A stretch of DNA of 64,000 nucleotides from Planctomycetota bacterium (GTDB lineage: Bacteria; Planctomycetota; UBA8742; UBA2392). How positions within the stretch are numbered: position 1 is the stretch's first letter; each line of letters begins with the position of its first letter. The notes beneath the pieces were generated by a model. That model was not told the DNA's origin, did no database searches, and worked only from the letters and a program-made list of their open reading frames with translations. Location: positions 83,821-147,820 of the forward strand of contig JADZFR010000051.1 of the NCBI GenBank assembly GCA_020849795.1, written 5' to 3'. The position numbers and the translations under genes were made by a program. This document shows, in pieces, positions 47,829-57,000 of this stretch.

Positions 47829-50687
47829 CTACTTGCTTGCAGAGAGAAGTTCAGCAATCACCACTGCCATTCTGGCGCTGCTGAGTGCAAATGTACGCGT
47901 GCGGTCGGCCCGCGCAATGTTGAACCCCACAACTTTGCCGGAAAGGTCGAAAATCGGGCTGCCTTGCTGGTTCGGCAGCACAACGCCATCGTGCTGGATC
48001 ACCGGCCCCATGTGCGTGCAGCGGTCGTTGATCGGCCCCTTTACGTTCGGGCGACCACCGCCCGGCGGCGGCGGCGGCGCATCTTCCTCTGCCAGCTGGA
48101 TGTCAACGTTCACTTCTTTGCCGTCGCGCTGAAGCACCACGACAATCGTGTCGCCAATCTTGCGGGCCTTGACCGCCTCGTCCACGTCGCGCTGCTGGCG
48201 AATGTCTTTGCCGTCCACCTTCAGCAACAGCTCGCCGCTGGTGATGCCCGCCAATTCAGCCGGAGAGCCCGGCTTGACACCGCCGACTTCAACGCCCTTG
48301 TCCTTGGGCCGGCAGGCGAAGATGCCCAGTTCCGGCTTTCCGGTGCCCTTGCTGGGCGCGGCTTGGCCCATGGCCTGGGCCCGCGGCACGAGCGTGACTT
48401 GCAGACTCAGGCTTTCTTCGCCGCGCTTGACGGTCAGCGTGATTGTCTCGTCGGGCTTGCGGCCGCGAATCATCGCCACAAGGCTGGTCCAGTCCGGCAC
48501 GGGTTGTTCGTTCATGGCGGTCACTATGTCGCCTACTTTCAAGCCGCCTTTGGCAGCCGGCGAATCCGGCGTCACTGTCGTAACCTCAGCCCCGCCGGCA
48601 ACGTCGCGCGCGTTGATGCCGAGGAACGGGCTGTTGGGGTCAGGCGCGCCGCCAATCTTGTCGCTGTCGTAGGGCGGCAATGCCACAAACCCGTGCGCCA
48701 GCGCCTTGCCTCTGGCATCCAGAGTCACCAGCATGGTACCGATCTCGGGGTACTCGGTGCCCGTCTCGCTTGCCTTGAACTCGATGAAGCGCGCAAACTT
48801 GCGCGCTGCTTTCAGCAGGGCGACATCAAACCTGTCGTTGCGGGCCACCAACTTGGCTTCAAAGGGCGTGGTGCCTTCCAACAGTTCGATCTTCTGCGCT
48901 GCGTCAAGCTGGCTGGCCTTGGTGACCATGAACCCGTCGGCCGAAATCGCCGTCGCAAACGCCGCCTGCTTGCCGTTCTGGCGAATCGGGAACACGACGC
49001 CAGCCATGCTTTGAAGCCGGCTGTCCCATAGTTTCAGAAGGTTGTTGCCCTGCTTCCAGTCGGGCCCCGGCAGTACGCCGCCGCCTGAGCCCCCACCGCC
49101 AAGGTCGCCCGTGCCATAGCTGAACTTGATCAGCTCTTTGCTGTACCCGCGGCGCACCATCAGCGATGCTTCTTCGGTGCTGGGCACGTTCAGCATGGCA
49201 TTGGCGAAATCGAGCGTGCTGCCAATCTTGGCGTCGCCGACCTCTTCAATGATGTCGCCGATGCGCAGGCCCGCGTTGAATGCCAGGCCGCCCTCCACCA
49301 GCTCAATGATCTTGGCGCCGCCCTGCCCGAAGACCTTGGCGCCAAACGGCGGAATCATCAGGCTGGCCGTGACGCGCTTGCCTTTGCGACTGATGCGCAA
49401 CTCATCGTCTTTGGTCAGCCCGCGTTCAATGGCCCACTCCACCCAATCGGACGCGTTCTCGAGCTTCTGCATTCCGACCCGTTCAATTACGTCGTCCACC
49501 TGCAGTCCGGCTGCCTCGGCGGGCGAGTTGGGCGACACGTCGTCGATGCGTATTCCGCTGCGGCTTCGCACGCGCAGGCCGATCAGCGGCTTGGCGTTGG
49601 CGCGACGCGCCCAGGTCAGCCACTCGATGTAGTCTTTGCGCTGGCGCAAAGGGTCAAGGTCCGAGTCTTTCTCGGCGTGGTCGAGGTCGGCCCAACCCGC
49701 TTCCACACTGCGCTTGAGCGTTGCGACGGCCTTGGCTGCCATGGCGTCGGCCTCTTTGTCCTTGAGTTCAGCCGCGTACAGAGAGTACGCGCAGGCCGCG
49801 TTGTACAGCACTTCGGGCGGGCGCTTGGCGGGTGCCAACAGTTTGTCAAACAGCTCGCACGAGCGCTTGAGTTTGCGGTCCTGCAACGCTTCCACGGCCT
49901 GCTGGTATTCGCGCGGTTCGTTCCCGGTCAGCGAGCCCTCGGGTGCCTCGCGCATGCCGCTGCCCCACTGGGGCCCGCGCGCGTTGCCGAAGCCCTCTTT
50001 GTTCTTGAACTTGGGCAGCAGCTCTTTGTACAGGTCCACGGGCGTGACGTTGTTGACGCTGACGTTGTTTGTCTGGATGCTCTGGTTGATCGCAATGATC
50101 TTGCCGCCCAGGTCAAACACCGGGCCACCGCTGTCGCCGCTGATCACCGGCGCGTCGGTCACGATCATGCTGCGTGCATTTTCAGGCACCAGGCAGCGCC
50201 CGGCGCGCACCACCGCATCGCGGCCAGGCTCGGGGCCCAGCGGGTGGCCCATCGGGATCAGCCATTGGCCGGCCTTGACCTTGCCGCTCTCGCCCAGTTC
50301 ACAGAACGGCACCTTCTTGCCGCCAGTGTCAGCCTTGATCAGGCCGTAGTCCATTTTCTCGTGCCAGCCGAAAACCTCGGCAGGCAGGCTTTGGCCGCCG
50401 TAGGTGATGATCGTGCACTTGGTGCCGACCGCCGTGCCGCTGACGTGGCCCGCGGTGGCCACCCAACCGTCGTCACTGATGAAACACCCGCTGCCGCTGC
50501 TGCCCGCCATGCGCACCGCCACGACCGCCGGGCGCACCTTGCGCACGACTTCTTGTATGCGATTCTGCAAAGCCGCAAGGTCTTCGAACTTGCCAACGGG
50601 CGCGTCAGGCGCAGACTGTGCCTGCGGCTGCAACGAAAGCAGCAGCGGCGCCAGCAATAAGGCGATCAACGGACGGAAGCGAGCCAT
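47829..50687 (-). CDS. Secreted multi-domain serine protease with three trypsin/HtrA-like domains interleaved with PDZ domains and a TPR-like segment (951 aa).
   Basis: Signal peptide 'MARFRPLIALLLAPLLLSLQPQAQS'. Catalytic-type blocks 'GSGCFISDDGWVATAGHV' and 'TDAPVISGDSGGPVFD' are present. A second protease-like module contains 'AFATAISADGFMVTKASQL'. A third contains 'GSPIFDLSGKVVGFNI'. Several PDZ-like 'G..V..V...SPA..AGL..GD.I' units are present. Confidence 0.8.
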   Translation of the reverse strand: MARFRPLIALLLAPLLLSLQPQAQSAPDAPVGKFEDLAALQNRIQEVVRKVRPAVVAVRMAGSSGSGCFISDDGWVATAGHVSGTAVGTKCTIITYGGQSLPAEVFGWHEKMDYGLIKADTGGKKVPFCELGESGKVKAGQWLIPMGHPLGPEPGRDAVVRAGRCLVPENARSMIVTDAPVISGDSGGPVFDLGGKIIAINQSIQTNNVSVNNVTPVDLYKELLPKFKNKEGFGNARGPQWGSGMREAPEGSLTGNEPREYQQAVEALQDRKLKRSCELFDKLLAPAKRPPEVLYNAACAYSLYAAELKDKEADAMAAKAVATLKRSVEAGWADLDHAEKDSDLDPLRQRKDYIEWLTWARRANAKPLIGLRVRSRSGIRIDDVSPNSPAEAAGLQVDDVIERVGMQKLENASDWVEWAIERGLTKDDELRISRKGKRVTASLMIPPFGAKVFGQGGAKIIELVEGGLAFNAGLRIGDIIEEVGDAKIGSTLDFANAMLNVPSTEEASLMVRRGYSKELIKFSYGTGDLGGGGSGGGVLPGPDWKQGNNLLKLWDSRLQSMAGVVFPIRQNGKQAAFATAISADGFMVTKASQLDAAQKIELLEGTTPFEAKLVARNDRFDVALLKAARKFARFIEFKASETGTEYPEIGTMLVTLDARGKALAHGFVALPPYDSDKIGGAPDPNSPFLGINARDVAGGAEVTTVTPDSPAAKGGLKVGDIVTAMNEQPVPDWTSLVAMIRGRKPDETITLTVKRGEESLSLQVTLVPRAQAMGQAAPSKGTGKPELGIFACRPKDKGVEVGGVKPGSPAELAGITSGELLLKVDGKDIRQQRDVDEAVKARKIGDTIVVVLQRDGKEVNVDIQLAEEDAPPPPPGGGRPNVKGPINDRCTHMGPVIQHDGVVLPNQQGSPIFDLSGKVVGFNIARADRTRTFALSSARMAVVIAELLSASK

Positions 50688-50762
50688 CAGAAGCTCCGGT
50701 CGTGTGATGAAGGGGCAAGTGGCACTTTATAGCAGAGCACGGGGCGCCTCACAGGCAAAACG

Positions 50763-51200
50763 GTGGCAAGCATCTATCTCATACGTCACGCAGAGCCCGT
50801 TTCTCCTTACACATGGAGTGGCAGCGATGCCGCGCGGCCTCTGTCGGCCACGGGCCGCAGGCAAGCCGAAAGCATGGGGCGCCTGCTGAAGTCCAGCGGC
50901 GCCACGGTGCTGCGCTCGGCCCCCCACCGGCGCTGTGTCGAAACCGCGGAGCTGATCGGAAAGATTCTGGGCCTGACGCCGGTAGTCGACGAGTCGCTGC
51001 ACATTGCCCGGCGCTTTGAGCTGCCGAGGCTGGCCGGGGTGGCGATCTGGGTTGCCCACAGCAACAACATCCCGGGCGCACTGGAACGGGCCGGCATTGA
51101 CTGCCACGCCTGCGACCACGCGTCAGCGTGGCACATTGAACTCGACGACGACAGCCAGGTCATGCAGGCCAGATACTTTGAGCCCGACTTGGACGCCTGA
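50763..51200 (+). CDS. sixA: histidine phosphatase superfamily protein (SixA-like phosphohistidine phosphatase)
   Basis: Catalytic 'IYLIRHAEP' (RHG-type), 'RPLSATGRRQAESMGRLL' and 'VAHSNNIPGAL'. About 145 aa, as in SixA. Confidence 0.65.
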   Translation: MASIYLIRHAEPVSPYTWSGSDAARPLSATGRRQAESMGRLLKSSGATVLRSAPHRRCVETAELIGKILGLTPVVDESLHIARRFELPRLAGVAIWVAHSNNIPGALERAGIDCHACDHASAWHIELDDDSQVMQARYFEPDLDA

Positions 51201-51245
51201 CGTGACAGCGAATAGGATGCGCGCACCACCCGAAGGAGCCCCCAA

Positions 51246-52013
51246 GTGCCCGGTTTTGATGTGACAGTTCGCGACCGCATTGCCACGGTGCAACTGAATT
51301 CTCCGCCGCGGAACATCCTTACGTCTGAACTGCAAACCGCTCTTGCGCAAGCATTTCGGACACTGCGCGCTTCTCGTGACCACAACGCCGTGATGCTTAC
51401 GGCTGCGTTGGCCGATTTCTCGGCCGGCGCCGATGTGGCCGAGCACGTTGGTCGCGACAACGTAGAGCGCATGCTCAAAGCCGCCCACGCCCTGATTGCC
51501 GAGATTCTGCGGCACCCCGTGCCAGTCGTTGCGTGCATACGCGGCAACGCGCTGGGCGGCGGCTTTGAACTGGCGCTGGCTTGCGACCAGATTGTCGCCC
51601 ACGAAGACGCCAGGCTTGGCACACCGGAAATCACGCTGGGCTGCTACCCGCCCGCAGCCACAGTGCTTGCGCCGGCAAAGTTGCCCGCCTTGCTGGCGCA
51701 CGAGCTTGTACTGACCGGCCGCGTCTATGCGGCAAGCGAGTTGGCAAGCCGGGGCGCCGGACTGCAAGTCGTGGCAAACCTGGACGCCGCTGTCGCGGAC
51801 ATGGCCAAGACCTGTGCGTCGCTGCCCCGCGGCCCGCTGGAAGAGGCCACGCGGCTTATGCGCTGCGGCGCGGCAGAACGTTTCGAGTCAGCAATTGGCG
51901 GTATTGAGCGGGCTTATCTCGACCGATTGCTGCGAATGCACGATGCAATCGAAGGCCCGCAGGCGTTTCTGGCGAAACGAAAACCAACCTGGGACCACTC
52001 AAATCTGGAATGA
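51246..52013 (+). CDS. enoyl-CoA hydratase/isomerase (crotonase) family protein
   Basis: The oxyanion-hole and crotonase-fold signature motifs are 'FSAGADV' and 'IRGNALGGGFELALACD'. The C-terminal 'GPQAFLAKRKPTW' is present. Confidence 0.8.
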   Translation: MPGFDVTVRDRIATVQLNSPPRNILTSELQTALAQAFRTLRASRDHNAVMLTAALADFSAGADVAEHVGRDNVERMLKAAHALIAEILRHPVPVVACIRGNALGGGFELALACDQIVAHEDARLGTPEITLGCYPPAATVLAPAKLPALLAHELVLTGRVYAASELASRGAGLQVVANLDAAVADMAKTCASLPRGPLEEATRLMRCGAAERFESAIGGIERAYLDRLLRMHDAIEGPQAFLAKRKPTWDHSNLE

Positions 52014-52089
52014 CACTTGGCTTCAAAGGCAGATTATCCGGGGCAGCCGGGCCACCTTTGCGTTAGAATACTGGGCAAGGAGAAGGACT

Positions 52090-53736
52090 ATGCGAACCAG
52101 CCTGTCATTGGCTGTCCTGTCTGCGCTGGCATTGGCATGGGTGACGAGCCCGAGCCTGGCCCAGGACAAAGAAAAGGTCGACAAAAGGGCCCTGTCCGAA
52201 GCCTACGGGCCGGTCAAGGTAATGATCGCCGACAAGAAGCTCGTGGACGAAACCGTTGCCCAGATCAAGAAGTGCGACGGGCTGCTCGACTACAAAGCCG
52301 CCATTGAACTGCTGGGCTTCTTTGAAGAGACCGACCGGGCCTGGGACTCGGCCGAAGGCGACAAAAATGCGCCGAAAGAATCCAAGGGCCGCCCGGTAAA
52401 CGCGTACAAGATCGCGACCGCAATTCTTGATTGCGTGCGCAAAATGACCTACGCCACCGAGGTCATCAAGTTCGCCGAAGAAGGCGACCTGAACAACACC
52501 GAAAAGTACAGCCTGCGCCCGCGCATGGCGATGCTGGATGCTATCGCGCGCAACGCCGCAGACGACGAAGCGTGCATGAAGTTCCTGCTCGAGTACTGCC
52601 GCGACGCTGAAAACAAGGCCGATACCGATCTGCGCATTCTGGCGATCCAGCACGTCGCGGATTACCCAAGCAACAGCGAGGTCCCGGTTATCCTGATGGT
52701 GGCTTTGAAGGACCGCAGTTGGCGCATTCGCGACGTGGCCATCGACGCGCTGGCCAAGGTCGCCGCCAAGACCAGCGAAGACCAGATCATCCTTGCGCTG
52801 ATCAACCAGCTTGCCGTCGAGTCCGGCAAGCTGCGCGAAAACCTGCGCAACGCGCTTCGCAAAATCACCGGCGAGCGCCTTGGCACCGACAGCGATGAGT
52901 GGAGCGAGTGGTTCAAGAACAAAAAACGCAGCGAGCAAGGCCTGCCCGAAAAGAAGGGCGGCGACAAAGGCACGCGCGTCAAGGTGTTCAAGACCGAGAG
53001 CTTCAGCGACCGCTACGTCTTCGTGCTGGACACGTCCGTGTCGATGCTCAAGAAGATCACCGACGAAGAAAAGGAAAAGCTGAAGAAGTCCATCACCGGC
53101 GACGGTGACGACAAGGACCCGCGCCGGCCCCTCGACTGGAGCCTGATCAACTGCAAGCTTGATCTGGCCCGCGAAGAAATGATCCGCAGCCTGGAAGTCA
53201 TGGATCCTGAGAAGACCCGCTTCACCCTGATCACATTCGCCGAAAAGGTCACGGTGTGGAAAGAAGAACTCGTGCCCACGGACCCCAAGACCGTCAATGA
53301 AGTCGCCGACTATCTGCGGGCGATCAAGGGCGGCAAGACCACCAACATCTGGGGCGCGCTGGACAGAGCCTATGACCTGAGCGAGCAGATCGCCGGTGTG
53401 GACACCGACAAACGCAAACCCAAGAAGCGCGACAAGGTCGTGACCGGCCCCCACCGCGATGAGGCGCTGCCGGACACCATCTACCTGTACACAGACGGCT
53501 GGGCGACCTACGGCAAGTACGCCGGCGACGACAAGAACTGGCAGAAGTTCAGCCAGGAAGAAAAGTCCAAGATGTACCACGCGATCATGAAGGAAATGAA
53601 AGAAGAGCTGAAAGACCGCAACCGGGTCTCGCGCATGACCATCCATTGCATCGGCGTGGGCGACCCGCAGGACAACTACACGCTGAAAGACATCGCCAGC
53701 ATGACCCGCGGCGAGTACATCGCCATCGGCAAGTAG
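52090..53736 (+). CDS. Secreted HEAT-like repeat plus vWA protein; paralog 3 of the family at 25403 and 27136.
   Basis: Signal peptide 'MRTSLSLAVLSALALAWVTSPSLAQ'. HEAT-like 'IRDVAIDALAKVA'. 'SDEWSEWFKNKK' corresponds to the WxWW block. MIDAS 'YVFVLDTSVSML', 'LYTDGWATYG' and tail 'IHCIGVGDPQDNYTLKDIASMTRGEYIAIGK'. Confidence 0.7.
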   Translation: MRTSLSLAVLSALALAWVTSPSLAQDKEKVDKRALSEAYGPVKVMIADKKLVDETVAQIKKCDGLLDYKAAIELLGFFEETDRAWDSAEGDKNAPKESKGRPVNAYKIATAILDCVRKMTYATEVIKFAEEGDLNNTEKYSLRPRMAMLDAIARNAADDEACMKFLLEYCRDAENKADTDLRILAIQHVADYPSNSEVPVILMVALKDRSWRIRDVAIDALAKVAAKTSEDQIILALINQLAVESGKLRENLRNALRKITGERLGTDSDEWSEWFKNKKRSEQGLPEKKGGDKGTRVKVFKTESFSDRYVFVLDTSVSMLKKITDEEKEKLKKSITGDGDDKDPRRPLDWSLINCKLDLAREEMIRSLEVMDPEKTRFTLITFAEKVTVWKEELVPTDPKTVNEVADYLRAIKGGKTTNIWGALDRAYDLSEQIAGVDTDKRKPKKRDKVVTGPHRDEALPDTIYLYTDGWATYGKYAGDDKNWQKFSQEEKSKMYHAIMKEMKEELKDRNRVSRMTIHCIGVGDPQDNYTLKDIASMTRGEYIAIGK

Positions 53737-53754
53737 CACGCACAAGACCCGCCA

Positions 53755-53790
53755 CGGCCCGGCTGATCAGCCGGGCCGCTGCTTTTCCGG
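53755..53790 (+). terminator. intrinsic terminator
   Basis: Perfect 12-bp palindrome CGGCCCGGCTGA/TCAGCCGGGCCG followed by CTGCTTTTCC. Confidence 0.6.
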
Positions 53791-53823
53791 ACGCCTTGCG
53801 CAGGCATCAGGTAGACTCAGGCC

Positions 53824-54318
53824 ATGGACCGAAAGCAGCAACTGTTGATCCGCAACATCGTGGCCGGGGCTGTGCTGTTGGCGCTGATCGTCGTGGTCGC
53901 CGTTTGGGCGGGGTTGTTCGAAGGCGCCGAGTCGGATGACGCGCAGATCCGCGCATTGATTGAGCGCGCCCGCGACGAAATCAACGACCACGACTACGAC
54001 GACTTTCTGAAGTTATGCAACCTTACACCCGCCGAGCGCGAAGCATGGAAAAGCGCCATTGACGGCCAGCCGCTCTCGAACTTCGTGGTCGTGGACACAC
54101 TTGAGCCACGCGGGTTTATCAGCGTGCCCGCCGGCGCATCCGAGTACCAGATTGAGGTGAACGCAATCAGCCACCTGGAAGTGCCCTTCAAAGGCAGCAT
54201 CCAGGCTGACTCGATCAACGGCACGTTTTACTTCGTGAAAGTTGAGGGCCGCTGGCGTATTGACCTGGACAAGTCGGCCGCGACCCTGCCGTACATTCCC
54301 AAGCCTAAACGACCTTAG
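53824..54318 (+). CDS. hypothetical N-terminally membrane-anchored periplasmic protein
   Basis: Single TM 'IVAGAVLLALIVVVAVWAGL', then a roughly 130-aa globular domain. Its stop codon overlaps the mraY stop on the opposite strand. Confidence 0.5.
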   Translation: MDRKQQLLIRNIVAGAVLLALIVVVAVWAGLFEGAESDDAQIRALIERARDEINDHDYDDFLKLCNLTPAEREAWKSAIDGQPLSNFVVVDTLEPRGFISVPAGASEYQIEVNAISHLEVPFKGSIQADSINGTFYFVKVEGRWRIDLDKSAATLPYIPKPKRP

Positions 54319-55481
54319 CGCTCAACCACGGCTGCACCGGCACGCTGGGGCGTCTCGACCGCGACAGGCGCGGGCGGCGTTTGGGCGGCCGGGCGAATCG
54401 TGATCGGCAACAGCGCAAGGGCAACCAGCGCGCAGGCCATGGCTGCCTTCCAGAAGTTACGCGTCACGCGCGTCTCGTGCCATCCGCCGAACTGGAAGTG
54501 ATGGTGCAGCGGCGAACACCGGAAAATTCGCTTGCCCTTGCTGGCCTTGAAGTACGCGACCTGCAGAATCACCGAGCCTGCCTCGGCCACGAACACACCA
54601 CCGGCCACAGCCAGCAGCAGTTCCATCCGGCCAAGTACCGCCATCAGTCCCAGCAGTGCGCCCAGGCTAAGGCTGCCCGTGTCACCCATGAACACCCTGG
54701 CCGGGTGGCGGTTCCATACCAGAAAGCCCAGCAACCCGCCGGCTGCTGCCATGCCCAGCACCGCCACGGCCCACGAAAGCGCGGGGTCAGTCTCGCCGAA
54801 AATGGCAAACAGGGCGGCTGCGCCGCCAAGCGCGTAAAAGGCAATTGCACCGGTGCCACCGGCAAGACCATCCAGCCCATCGGTCAGGTTGTAGGCGTTG
54901 CCCGCCCCCACCATCACCAGCATGCCCAGCGGCACGATCAGCCAGCCGATCTCCAGCCGCAAGAACGGCAGCAACAGCACGCGCCCCTCAGGACCAAGCA
55001 AGAGCGCTGCCGCCGTGCAGGCCACAGCCGCGATCACGCCCTGAGCAAGCAGCTTGTCGCGCGAAGCAATGCCGTCTTTGCCACGCTTCGTCAGCTTGCA
55101 ATAGTCGTCGTACAGGCCAAGCAGCGCGCTTGCTGCAACCACGCCGGCCGAGATGCCCAGCACGCCCCAGATTCTGGCGGGTGCGCCAAGCGCGGTCAGC
55201 ACAATGCCGCCAACCAGAGTCGCCGCCAGAACAGCCGGCACCAGAAACGCACCGCCCATGGTGGGCGTGTTCTTCTTGTCGGCGTGCAGCAGGTTCAGGT
55301 AGTCGCTGGCTTTGCGCTGCTCGCCGTCATTGAGCTTGCGCTTTACCAGCCACGGAATCACCAGTCGCCCGCCCGCCGCGCTGAATGCAACACCGGCGGC
55401 GAACACGCCAAGCAGCATGCCCAGGGCAGCCACAAGGCCCGAGCCTGCAAACGCGAGTGTCATGGCATTCAGCATGGCCAA
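54315..55481 (-). CDS. mraY: phospho-N-acetylmuramoyl-pentapeptide transferase
   Basis: 'NAYNLTDGLDGLAGG', 'MGDTGSLSLGALLG' and the terminal 'HHHFQFGGWHETRVTRNFW'. Confidence 0.9.
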   Translation of the reverse strand: MAMLNAMTLAFAGSGLVAALGMLLGVFAAGVAFSAAGGRLVIPWLVKRKLNDGEQRKASDYLNLLHADKKNTPTMGGAFLVPAVLAATLVGGIVLTALGAPARIWGVLGISAGVVAASALLGLYDDYCKLTKRGKDGIASRDKLLAQGVIAAVACTAAALLLGPEGRVLLLPFLRLEIGWLIVPLGMLVMVGAGNAYNLTDGLDGLAGGTGAIAFYALGGAAALFAIFGETDPALSWAVAVLGMAAAGGLLGFLVWNRHPARVFMGDTGSLSLGALLGLMAVLGRMELLLAVAGGVFVAEAGSVILQVAYFKASKGKRIFRCSPLHHHFQFGGWHETRVTRNFWKAAMACALVALALLPITIRPAAQTPPAPVAVETPQRAGAAVVER

Positions 55482-55483
55482 TC

Positions 55484-56998
55484 CTAGGCAGCGGGTTTGC
55501 TCAACACTTCCGGCAGCGGGTCGCCAACCGGCCTCTCGCGGCGCGTGGGACGCAGGCTCTCCGGCGCGGCGGCGCCATGCTGCTTGCGCAGCGCGGCAAC
55601 GAGCCGGTTCATCTTCATGCCATTGCTGCCCTTGACCAGCAGCACATCACCGGCGCGCAGTTCCGCGATCACGTGCTCTGCCGCTTCTTCCGATGTGTCA
55701 AAGCGCCAAACGGCGCCCTTGCCGGTTTCCAGAAAGTGCTCTTCATAGATTTCAGCAAGCGCGCGCATGCGCCTGCCTACGGCAACGACCAGGTCCACGG
55801 GGTGGGCCGTGCCCGCCCAGGCCACTTCACGGTGCAGGCGTTCACTGGCCGGGCCAAGTTCCAGCATGTCGCCCAGCACGGCAATGCGCTGGCCGCTGCA
55901 CGGGAACTTCGCGAGCGTTCGCAACGCGGCGCAGGTGCTGGCGGGATTGGCGTTGTAGCTGTCATCCAGCAGGCTTACGCCCCCGATCTCGTGGAACTCA
56001 AGACGTCGCCCGACCGGCAGCGCGCGCCGCAGTGCAGTCTGCATATCAAACATGTTGACGCCGCTGACCCACCCCGCGGCAATGGCAGCCAGCGCGTTCA
56101 TCACGTTGTGTTCGCCGTGCAGCCCAAGCCGGAACTCGTGCTTGCCGTTCAGTAGAAAGTGCGTGCCGTGCCGGTTGCAGCGAATGTCGTCGGCACGCAA
56201 TTCACAGCGCGAGTCGGTGCCGAAACTGACGACGCGGCAATCGGCGCGCTCAGCGGCTGTCACGCAGCGCGGGTCGTCAAAATTCACAATCGCGATTCCA
56301 TCGCGGGGCAGGCACGCCAGCAGCTCGCCTTCTTCGCGCACGACGCCGTCGAGGTCGCCCAAACCCTCCAGGTGCTCCTCGCTGATATTGGTCAGCACAG
56401 CACACTGGGGTGCGGCCACTTTGGCCAGCGCGGCAATTTCCCCGGGCTCGCTGGTGCCCATCTCAATCACCGCGAAGTCGTGATGCTCGTTCAGGCGCAG
56501 CAGCGTGTGCGGCACGCCTACGCGGTTGTTTTCGTTGGCTTCGTTGCTCAGCACGGAAAAGCCGGAACGCAGAACACCGCTGACCAGTTCGCGCGTAGTG
56601 GTCTTGCCGTTGCTTCCGCCAATGCCGATCACGCAGGCCTTGTGCTGATCCCGGTGCCAGCGCGCCAGGCGCCCCAGCACCGTCAGCGCGTCTTCAACAA
56701 TGATGGTCGGCACGCGCGGCACAAACCCGTCGGGAATGCGCGAGGTGACCAGCGCGCAGGCGCCCTTGGCCTGGGCGTCGGCCAGATACTCGGCGCCATC
56801 AAAGTTCGGGCCGCGCAAAGCGACAAACAGGTCGCCGGGAACAATGGTGCGCGTGTCGGTACAGACCGAGCATACGCGCACCGGGGCGGTGCGATTGCTT
56901 TCCTCGGCTTCGTGGCCATCCACGCCATCGGGCCGGCGCAGCCAGATGCCGCCGACGGCGAGCTTGACGTCACGAACCAGAAGTCCCGGCATGTGCAT
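55484..56998 (-). CDS. murF: UDP-N-acetylmuramoyl-tripeptide--D-alanyl-D-alanine ligase
   Basis: Mur ligase P-loop 'GIGGSNGKTTTRELV', 'AVIEMGTSEPGEIA' and C-terminal domain 'DDSYNANP'. Second Mur ligase in dcw order. The start is chosen at 'MHMPGLL', 2 nt after the murE stop. Confidence 0.85.
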   Translation of the reverse strand: MHMPGLLVRDVKLAVGGIWLRRPDGVDGHEAEESNRTAPVRVCSVCTDTRTIVPGDLFVALRGPNFDGAEYLADAQAKGACALVTSRIPDGFVPRVPTIIVEDALTVLGRLARWHRDQHKACVIGIGGSNGKTTTRELVSGVLRSGFSVLSNEANENNRVGVPHTLLRLNEHHDFAVIEMGTSEPGEIAALAKVAAPQCAVLTNISEEHLEGLGDLDGVVREEGELLACLPRDGIAIVNFDDPRCVTAAERADCRVVSFGTDSRCELRADDIRCNRHGTHFLLNGKHEFRLGLHGEHNVMNALAAIAAGWVSGVNMFDMQTALRRALPVGRRLEFHEIGGVSLLDDSYNANPASTCAALRTLAKFPCSGQRIAVLGDMLELGPASERLHREVAWAGTAHPVDLVVAVGRRMRALAEIYEEHFLETGKGAVWRFDTSEEAAEHVIAELRAGDVLLVKGSNGMKMNRLVAALRKQHGAAAPESLRPTRRERPVGDPLPEVLSKPAA

Positions 56999-57000
56999 CC

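Noticed and set aside
47826-50660. Plus-strand ORFs of 401 and 327 aa
   Set aside because: They are antisense to the multi-domain protease gene and have a low-complexity Arg/Ala/Gly-rich composition.
52105-53745. 546-aa minus-strand ORF
   Set aside because: It is antisense to HEAT-vWA paralog 3. There is no signal or domain, and it is Ala/Val/Gly/Arg-rich.
54381-55487. 368-aa plus-strand ORF
   Set aside because: It is antisense to mraY and has an Arg/Gln/His-rich artefactual composition. The same applies to 59184..60332 (antisense to ftsI) and 62763..63656 (antisense to pyrF).
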